A stretch of DNA of 63,845 nt, the filler included, from Reticulomyxa filosa (lineage: Eukaryota > Protista > Foraminifera): NCBI GenBank assembly GCA_000512085.1. It is 14 parts of 14 records of this genome, joined end to end, with 100 filler letters (N's around TTAATTAATTAA, not from the genome) between each part and the next. Parts side by side here need not be neighbours in the genome. Positions count along the whole stretch, not along the records: positions 49,491 to 60,041 come from ASPP01020376.1; positions 60,142 to 62,710 come from ASPP01000872.1; positions 62,811 to 63,845 come from ASPP01009117.1; 11 more parts are not named here. One strand, written 5' to 3'. Positions 54,587 to 63,845 of this stretch are shown here, piece after piece. The notes below the pieces were generated by a model that did not search any database, had not been told where the DNA came from, and worked only from the letters and a program-made list of their open reading frames with translations. The position numbers and the translations under genes were made by a program. How positions within the stretch are numbered: the stretch's first letter is position 1; each line of letters opens with the position of its first letter.

Positions 54587-57510
54587 GCTGCTGCCGTTGC
54601 AACGGAGGAAATAAGTTTGGATGGTTTGGAAGTCATCCTAATCAAATCACTAAAAAAAAATGGCGACGCTACGTCTTTTTTTCCGAGAACCGTGTTGTAT
54701 ACGTCAGCCAATTTGAGCAAAAACAGGTATGCAAAGTAGCGTACATGTCCGTCGTAGTGACACAGCAACACCAAGCCATATCCATCTGCACGAGGGAACC
54801 ACTGCAACCACTCTGGCAATTCTCGAATTTTAGTGTTCAAATAACTATTGGGCACCAGTTTGGATGTCTTCTCGTCATGGTGATCTTCATTTTTGGCATG
54901 GACTTTTTCGTCGCTCTCCATTGCGCTTGGCGGCGATAGGCCAAAGGCCTCGCTGTTGTTTTCTCTTCGCAAGATCATTTCCTTTTTGAAAAAGTCCATC
55001 AAATGCGTAATCGTTTTCAACAGCATTGACAGACACGCAGGAGAGTGGTAGTCGCGATGACTCAACATGGCGATGAAACATTGAACCACTTGAATGCAAA
55101 TGTCGTCTGTTTCATTGACCGAATGATACTACGTAATGCCTGTGCCCGCACATTGGCGTCGCGATGGAGCAGCCATTTCCCCACAAATCTACCGGTCATA
55201 CTGCAGTTCTCCGGGGTCGGCTCCCACAGACTGTCACAGTTCATGTGTGGTGCCAATCGCAAACAGTACATCAACAAGGTCAATTGAATGTCTGGAAACA
55301 CTGGCAACGCTTGCTCCATTGACATGTCTCCACTGTCCCAATCCAACAACAACAACTTTTCCACGTGTTCGTCAAACATTTGCTGCTCGTCTTGCACGGT
55401 AAAGATGTACAATGGGAATTCTGTAATCGCATCGCCAAACGTTAACAAATTCTTTGCTATTGGGATATGCTTTCCGATTTGGATAAACAACAATTCCAAT
55501 GCTGGTCGCACCTGCACTTTGAATTGATGTAGACTGTCATCCAATTGATTTGGCCCGTTTTGGAAAGACAATAAGTGTTCCCGGAACATTCCCTCCGGAA
55601 CACAGATGAAATTCAAGGCATACACGGCAATGAACATCCTTTCAATGGTTTCACTTTTATGCGTTTCAATAAATTCGATGATGGCTTGTCGAGTGCTTGA
55701 GAAATTGTGTACGGCGAGTTGGACCATGCATAAGCACAACAAATGCACGATTTGAGCGTCGGTGGCATTTTTCGAATTGTACGTCCTCATTGGACGAAAG
55801 ATCTTGGAGCTGATAAGTTCGCAAAGTTCGATCGGAAATTGTTCCTTCAGACTGCCATAGGCCTGTTCCAAGCGATCAATGGTAGGTCGATAGATGACTG
55901 TCTCTTGCGGCAAGTGACGCACCGAAGGTGAATGGCTGTCATGACTGCGACTATAATGACTGTTGATTTTGAAGTTGGCGGATTCCAATTGCAAAATGAA
56001 CTGATCCCACGTGCTCCCACCCCCTCGCAGTAAATGCAATAAGTCCGCAAGGTGTCGAGGGGTTGTGCGTCGGTTGCTGAACTTGAACTTTACGCTTTGC
56101 GTGATCCAAGCTCGAATCGTTGTGGATTTGCCGCCGCGAAGCAGTTCCGTATTTTGCAGTCGCGTACGTCCCGAGTTCAAATGCTCAATGTTTTTCCCCA
56201 ACTGATCCAGTCGCTCTCGCGTATCTTTTAAAAACGTGGCGAACAGCAGCTTTTCCAAACGCTGGTCCATTGGAAGAGACCGAACCGTGTGTTCCAACGC
56301 GTGCAGACATACTTGATGACGATCACGGGCCTCCTATTTTTGACAAAAGGGTAGTCAAATTGCATTAGCACGCTTATCGAATAATTGTCATTATACAATT
56401 CAATATATATATATATATATATGTATATATCTGTGCTAAACTTTGGATTTAATCAACATCGAATTTAACCACATCATCTGCGACTCAATCGGAGTAACCG
56501 TGTTCATATCGAATCGCACGTACTTGGCGCCATTCAAAATACCGATCCTTTGGTCTTCTGTGGCCGCCTTTTCATAGCCCTTTTGCAGTGCAGACACCAC
56601 TTCGGTGGAGAAATACGGGGTGATGAGCGAGATCAAAAGACCCCACTTTCGGCGTCGACGAAGCTCGAGTGTCTGGCTCAGCGTGTCTCCAAGAGCGGAC
56701 CGGGACATCTGCGCTAATTTGGAAACCAATTTGTGAATCATTTCTTCGTGCAAGTTGCCCTTCATCCCACCCATTCGACGACGTTTGATCGACAGCAAAG
56801 CGGGGTCTGCGAAATGCAACACGCTCGCCAGCACATCGGCCATGATAAAGTCCATTACATAATTGGCCAGTTCTTGCACCAACGTATTGGACTGTTTTAA
56901 ACAAAACAAAAGACAAGTAAATAAATTAAATAAATAAATAAATTAAATATATATATATATATATATATATATTTAATTTATTCGTTTCGAAACTAAATGA
57001 TGTGAGATATGCTGTTTCAAAAATTCCAATCGAAAGGAAGTAGATTTGTTATTTAATCCGAAAATGCCATCTACACCGACTGGAGTGAAGGGGAAGGGAC
57101 TATTCTTTGTTGTGCTACGACTGATGGGAGTGGTGGCTTGTGAGTTTGGCGTGGAGGAGACGAGCCAAGTGGAGTTGGAATCGCTGTCGGACTCGATGAC
57201 ACTCTTCACAAAGGAGTGGAACGACAGGGCCCCCAATTTGGAGACACGTTGTAAAATAGGCAAGTACGTGGGGACCATATTTTCGGGAAATTCCTTCCAC
57301 AAGGGATTGAATTCGGCCCAAAAGTTGCGGCTGGATGCTTTGGGCAGCGAAGAGGAGAGCAATGAATTCATTTGTTTCCCGACGTCTCCGACAAGAGACA
57401 GTAGCATATTTCCAAGCATTCCTTCACTGCTAACAATTTCTGTTTCTCCCAAAATCATATTACTTTGAATTGGAATTGACATTGACTCATTGGAATTACC
57501 AAGTTGTTGC

Positions 57511-57542
<32 letters not shown>

Positions 57543-59628
57543 GTCGTTAGAATCATTACTTAAAAACAATCTTCCGAAAATATTGCCTCGATTTTGTTGT
57601 TGCAATTCCTGGTCATTTTGTTTTTCCTCTCTTTTTTTTTCAATCTCGCGGACTTCCTTTTGCAATTGTCCATGTTCAGTTTGAGCATTTTTCAAAGCCT
57701 TTTTCAAATCATTGATTTCGTTTTTCAGTCGTTCAAAAATTTCATTTCTTTCTTTGCAATTATTGGCCTCATTTTCCAAGGCTTTGAGCAAGAGATTGCT
57801 ATCCATCGCGCGAATCACTGCAATTGCGTCGTTGATCCCATAAATATTCGTACCTTCTTTCACTGCCGTCAGCAGCTGCAATAGATCAGACTTGACATCA
57901 TTGCCACGGACTTTGTCACTTAAAAGCCGACTGAGCGAGTCGCCCCTGCCTAGTTGTTCCAATATCGGAATCACCTTTACCACCACCTCTGTACTTTCGT
58001 CTATTTTTCGAAGCAACTCTGTTCTTCGTCCATTGTTGCTGTGTCGCTTCTTTCCGTCGCTTTCATTTGCAAATGATGGCGTTGTCGTTGTCGTTGTCGC
58101 TGTCGCCGTCATCGTCGTTGTTATCATCGTCGTCATCGTCGTCATCGTCGTCGTCGTCGTTGTCATTGTCATGCTCACGCTGCCCGAGTCAAACGACGCC
58201 GTGTTCTCTCTGCTTTCAATGGTTTCATCTCGCGATGAAGTGTACTCATGCACGCTTATCTTTACGAAACGATAGTAAGTCGACGCGTTCCTCGAATTCA
58301 TACTTACGCGCTTATCGCCGCCGTTATTGCCACTGCCATCAACCAGGTTGGACATCTTGCCGCCAGAAGCGTCCATATCCTCCTCGTCTTCGTCGTCCTC
58401 GTCATTGGGAAGATTCCCTTTGCCAACAGACATGGGCCCATTTGCAAGACCTCCATTTGTGTTGTTGTTGTTGTTGTTGTTGTTATTATTACCATTATTA
58501 CTATTAATATTGGTATTACTATTGCTATTAACGTTATTGCTATTGCCATTGTTATTGTTATTGTTATTGTTATTATTATTGTTATTGCTGCCACTGCTGT
58601 TATTGCCATTGATGTTAATATTGCTATTGCCACTAACACTAACAATTCCACTCACATTGACATTGCCATTGCCCGAGCTCAGTTTACCGTTGTCCACAGC
58701 TGACAAGGGGGCAAGGGGGTTCGAAGTGAAAAACGGGTCGTGGCGGTGAATATTTTGAATTAACGTATAGTACTCTTTTTCCATTAGGTTTTGTGTATAA
58801 TGCGAAGAGTACTTCACGGAGTCGTCCCATAAAATCTTTTTCAAAAAGTGCAAGTCGCTCAGTGACAAGTACACTAAGTCGTCGCGGGGAGACTTTTCTC
58901 GGATTTTGCGATCCATCGCAAAGTGGTGTTCTAATGGCAACACGTTGCACAGTTCTTTGAAGAATTTCTTCACCTTGGCTATTTCATCCATTATCAAGTC
59001 ATTCAATGACACCATAAAGGCTTCTTTCGCCCCTCCGATTATTTGATTGCTAATATTTTGCAACAACTTTATATACACATACATATGTAATATGATCGTT
59101 CACTTGGAGTGTTATACATTACATTTAATATATGCATATTAACAATATATACATACACATGTATATACATCTACAAAAATATTCGTTTATTTATATATTT
59201 TTAAAAAAAAAAAAAAACTTTGCAATCAAGGTAAATTTTCGACGGATTTGTTTGGCAAAATTGCCGTGGTTTTTGGCTTGTTCATGACCAAAGAGTTGGA
59301 TTCGCGGATTAAAAATGCGCAAGAAAATGAAGCCACCCACGAGTGACTCGGCAATCTTTTCATTGTCCTGTTGGTCGTACGTTTTGCTATGGGCCAGTTC
59401 GGTGAGCTTCTTACATAGCATGCGCAGGCCCATTGGATAGCTTTCTGCTTGCATTATCCGATCCATTATGTATTTGATGCATTCGCCCAGCTTCGCCCGT
59501 CTCTCTGCACACAGATTTTGGATTTTGGGATCGTTTGGGTCTTTGATGTCGGCCGACTCTTCTACTTGGATCAATGTCGCCTCCCACACCTAATCAAGTC
59601 AAGCCATTGCATTTTATGTTATGGAATC

Positions 59629-59677
<49 letters not shown>

Positions 59678-60023
59678 GTTATTATTATTGTTTGTTTTTC
59701 TTTCATTCGTCTCCCTCTCTGTTACGTGTACTCCTCCACTGCAAACAAACAACAACAAAAAAAAAAATGTTGAATGGTGATCATAATGTCATAACAGCTT
59801 CAGGATCGATTTCCAAATCCTCCCCAGGATTTTGGAGGCAAAATTCTCCGCACTCTTTTACCGTTTTGTCAATGAAATCACTGATTTGCTGTCGCTTCAG
59901 ATAAGCTTGCAACAGTTTCGTTGCGGGTGTGTTATCACGTAAGTATGTGGTTATATTGTCGCATTGGTCGTATTCGAATTTCATTACATTCCGTTTTTTT
60001 TTTTTTTTTTTTAATTGCCCCAC
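49587..60023 (-). CDS. Giant RasGAP-domain plus Furry/Tao3/Mor2 (MOR2-PAG1)-like protein; truncated at both ends; frame changes at ~55120 and ~52455
   Basis: RasGAP motifs: TYLRDNTPATKLL, LEIDP, GGFIFLRIFNPRI, TLIAK|LLQNISN. Furry-like motifs: YVMDFIMADVLASVL, GILNGAKYVRF, ALRWAVLSTNQDISQRAFHVYRQLLNPL, YPALFWAGIALM. Confidence 0.8.
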
Positions 60024-60141
60024 TTCAACGTTTTACAAAGGNNNNNNNNNNNNNNNNNNNNNNNNNNNNNNNNNNNNNNNNNNNNTTAATTAATTAANNN
60101 NNNNNNNNNNNNNNNNNNNNNNNNNNNNNNNNNNNNNNNNN

Positions 60142-60860
60142 AAAAAAAAAAAAAAAAAAAAAAAAAAAATAATAATAACATTTTTGTATTAAAATAACGC
60201 CACGAACGAAGTGTGACATAACAATAATAGCTCAATGCAACGAGACCCGAAATTTTTTGCAAGGTTGCAACGTCCCATTGCGCGGGCGCATTTTCGAGCA
60301 GATCCGACACCAGTCGCGATTTTTCTTTGACCAACAAAGGGGTCACCCAGTTCGCCCATTGCTGTATCCATGTGAATGCATAGCCCACCAATGAATCGGG
60401 GTACATTTGTATGTAACGCGTATACAACGGGAGCGTCGTCGGGAAAAACCCATAATACACACCGCAATATAACAGTGCACTTTTCTTTATTCGAATGGCG
60501 GAGTCGATAACTACGGGTGCGTTGTAAATCCATTGGTAACGCACATACGATCCCATCTTTCCAAACACAAACCTTTTCTGCTTCTTGTCTTGCTCTTCGT
60601 TCGATTCCTCCTGGCTATTGCCATTCGACTCTTCTTTGTGCTCACTTACTTCCAATGTCTTCCTTGGATTCGATTCTTCGTATGTCGACGGAACTGATGC
60701 TTGGAAGTCGATGTCCGCCGGCTCTTCCTCGCTAAAAGGGTTGTCGCTTACATGGCGGGCAATTTCGCTTTTGTTTTCACCTGAAAATATATTGTGCTGT
60801 CCAAACCATATTGGTAAGGTTACTCAATAAACAACAAGTAGCTTGCAAAATGCACCCATA
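60142..60860 (-). CDS. Hypothetical protein, possibly membrane-associated; 3' truncated, start uncertain
   Basis: ORF 60086..60655 has an acidic linker followed by aromatic/hydrophobic segments; family not recognised. Confidence 0.55.
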
Positions 60861-62251
60861 CATCAAGATTTGGCGCCAATTTTCGAGTATTGTCTTCTTT
60901 CATTTTAGAATATGATCAACTTTTTGAATCTTGTTTTTTCCCCGCCTCACGGACTTAACTTTTTTTTTTGTACAGACAAACAAAAGTTTATCGCTTTTAT
61001 TTACACCTCATATCTGATGAATACAGCATCTTCCAACAATAAAACACAATCAAATTTTTAATTTTTCATTCATACAACAATACGAACCAGAAATGATTTG
61101 CATTACAGTTTGGGATTAAGAGAAAATGTATTCGTTAAATCCAAGTAAACTCTTTATTTTTCATTACAAGTTTTGATTGTAATACGATTGATGATTTGAT
61201 TCTCTTTTGTGTCGCTCAGAGGAAATCAAATGAAGAAAATATCTTTTACTAATAAAATAAAATATTCACCAACAAATTCATTAAAAATACAAACAAAATT
61301 AACACATTATTGTAAAGTGAATAAATAAAACAAATAAATAAGAGAGATTGAAGAGTTTAATGTTAAATTGCCACTTAATGCTTTGCTGGCCGATATCTCG
61401 CCTTATACTATCACTTGGGTAGAAAATCGACTAATTTCATGACAACGATCATCCCTTGTTTATTCAAAATTGCAATATTTGTACCTTACGATTACTTAGT
61501 ATCACTTTCTACATACAAACGAATATTATCTAGCATGCAAAAAAAAAAATTAAAGTAGCGAAAAAAAATGAAATAAGTTTGTAAAATTCGCATAAGTATA
61601 GTTTCAGTATCTTCTAAACTTTAATCCCAGCCAGTATTGTATTAATTGCTAATCTCAGCGGAACAGAAAAGTATACAATTTGATCAAGAACGTGCAATAA
61701 TGTGATTCAGCAATCAAATGAGAATACATTTATACTATGACATTCTTTTTAACATTTCGTGTTTGCCATCCAATTACCTCATAAAAAGTTGGTTTCGTTT
61801 TTTTCCCTTCTTAAAAGGTATTATGCCTGTGGGGCCTATGACTGAAAAAACTTTTTCTTTAGAAAAAAAGAACAATCCTCGCAACCTTCCTTTTGAGGAG
61901 GTCTATTGTAGACTCTCTAAAAAAGTGACGTACATACAAAGAAATCTTTTTTGATGATCATAAGATAATTTCATTTTTGTGAGCACGTTAAATATTTAAA
62001 AAATCCCAAATAAAATGTGTGCATTATTGTCTCACTGTCGTGTCCATTATTGTGAAATAAACTGCAAGAAAATAAACAACAAAAAAAAGTAGATGCTATG
62101 TACAAAATAAAACAGTAAGTTGTCATATTTTCTTTTGTTGTACGCAAGGACACAACTATTTAAACTAAAATAAACAAAGTAGTTATTTATTGTTTCAAGT
62201 ACTTGTTAGGTTGTAACTAAAGACCTGTTGTGTTTTCAAAATTTCCCGATC

Positions 62252-62665
62252 ATGTACAAAGAACCTCGGAAATCTGCGAGGCAAATAGATCCTGAAGAAT
62301 TGTTAAGAAAAACGAGTGATGTGAAAGATATTACCGAATTATTTGAATTAACACGTGTCTTAGGGAAGGGTGCGTCATGCGAGGTGTTTGAAGCAAAATC
62401 TAAAGAAAATGGGCTCCTCTACGCGCTCAAGCGAATGCATTTGAGTGACGCCGAAAACAAAACCCGTTTCAAAACAGAAGTAACGATCCTCAACACATTG
62501 AGACATAAGAACATTGTAAGGTAAGAACGGGTTTACTTTTCAAGCATTTCGAGTGTTCCAAAGAAAGCTGTGTGGTGTAACATAAAATAGATTTCATCAA
62601 GCTTATTCCGATGGCAAAAATTTATTCATTTGTTGTAAATTGTGTAATGGAGGGGCTTTGCTTGG
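62252..62665 (+). CDS. Ser/Thr protein kinase (CAMK-like), N-lobe; 3' truncated
   Basis: FELTRVLGKGASCEV, YALKRM and EVTILNTLRHKNIV, then a GT-AG intron and CKLCNGGALL. Confidence 0.88.
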
Positions 62666-62810
62666 TAAAAAAAAAAAAAAAAGTCCATTTTTTTTTTTTT
62701 TTTTTTTTTTNNNNNNNNNNNNNNNNNNNNNNNNNNNNNNNNNNNNNNNNNNNNTTAATTAATTAANNNNNNNNNNNNNNNNNNNNNNNNNNNNNNNNNN
62801 NNNNNNNNNN

Positions 62811-63044
62811 AGGTCATAGTTTTCGATGAGCATGTAGACTACCCACTTGGTTGCTATTCTCAAAATAAATATTCCATTTGCTCCAATCGCCTTGTCCTCC
62901 TTTGTGATCGATATATTGATGGTTTGACGGACTTGCTCGAATTTGAGCTCCGTGTGTGTGTCGGATTATCACGTCTTTTTGGAATTTCTTTGAATCCACA
63001 GCCGGAGAACTACCTCCAGAATCTATACCATTTTGCTGGGCCAT
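62811..63044 (-). CDS. N-terminal exon of a small protein, possibly beta-trefoil (fascin-like fold)
   Basis: ATG-initiated ORF containing IDHKGGQGDWSKW. The fold assignment is a weak recollection. Confidence 0.4.
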
Positions 63045-63845
63045 CGGATTGACTTTGTACTTTTTAAATATAAAAGATTGATGGAAGGAAAGTGAACAAC
63101 GTGGAAAGAAAAAGATACTCTATAAGTGAGGGCTATGAGAACTTGCTAAAAGCCAGTCATTTAAAAATATTATCAAAAAATAACAACAACGAGCTACTAC
63201 TTGTAGAAAGATGTAAAATCTAATTTATTTTTGTTGGTTCAACAAGTTCATGTACAAATGATTTTTTTTTTAAAAGGTCTGTGAAAAACTCAACACCGAG
63301 AAAAAATTAAGGCTTAACTAAAAAATATCTATAAAGCAAGTATATAACAATCAAAAATGTCAGGGAAACGACAGGCACCAAGAATGCCAGCACCTAAAGC
63401 GCCCGAAAAAGCACCCGAAAACGACGTTGTTCAAGTTTCGAGCGTACTGTCAGTTTAAAAATATGAATTGACCTTTTGTTGTTTTGCTTGAAATAAAAAC
63501 GAGTAAGAATTTGATGGAATGTTTGATGAAATTTGCAAATATTGGTTTTGTGTCCAAAAAAAAAATGGAGGGAGAAATAGTATTGGAGAAGTCACAGCCC
63601 TTCAACAAGCCACTCCCACCACCAAAGCCACAAGTTTAGAGTGATGATACTTGATATATGAATATGCTTTGCAAGTGAAAAAAGTTGTAGGATATCATAC
63701 ATATAATGCAATAGCCACCAAGCCACGACACCAAAAAGATCGCAACACAGATGAATACAAACATAAATGGAACTGTGAATGGAAATAGAAATGTAAAAGT
63801 GAATGTAAATGCAAATGCAAATGTAAATGCAAATGCAAATGCAAA

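Noticed and set aside
24473-58749. Many poly-I/L/S/V ORFs in the ORF track
   Set aside because: These are antisense or off-frame shadows of trinucleotide repeats encoding poly-N/D/Q/T in real genes.
16821-62810. Recurrent palindrome TTAATTAATTAA
   Set aside because: It is always centred in N-runs of identical length, so it is an artificial linker.

Overview
This is AT-rich, intron-containing eukaryotic DNA made of 14 separate contigs joined by 13 artificial 100-bp linkers (N-run + TTAATTAATTAA + N-run), so adjacency across a linker has no biological meaning. The WD40 family N-terminal motif, (AT)n-rich introns, poly-N/D/Q tracts and homopolymer frameshifts suggest the foraminiferan Reticulomyxa filosa (recognition, not verified). 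Recognisable genes, many truncated by contig ends: RluA-type pseudouridine synthase, SNRNP40, branched-chain aminotransferase, SAYSD1 with a SEC-C tail, a five-finger C2H2 factor, a PH-domain protein, coronin, two WD40 paralogues, an Ariadne RBR E3 ligase, a four-domain voltage-gated-type cation channel, an HRI-like eIF2-alpha kinase, phosphonopyruvate decarboxylase, an MFSD5/MOT2 transporter, a CLK-like kinase and a very large RasGAP-Furry protein. Best leads: (1) the RasGAP-Furry/Tao3 fusion; (2) an intron-bearing phosphonate-biosynthesis gene; (3) non-canonical channel selectivity-filter residues; (4) the SAYSD1-SEC-C fusion; (5) two unexplained repeat families at 6.7-10.1 kb and 36.3-40 kb. 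All homology calls are from motif recognition by eye; no searches were run.
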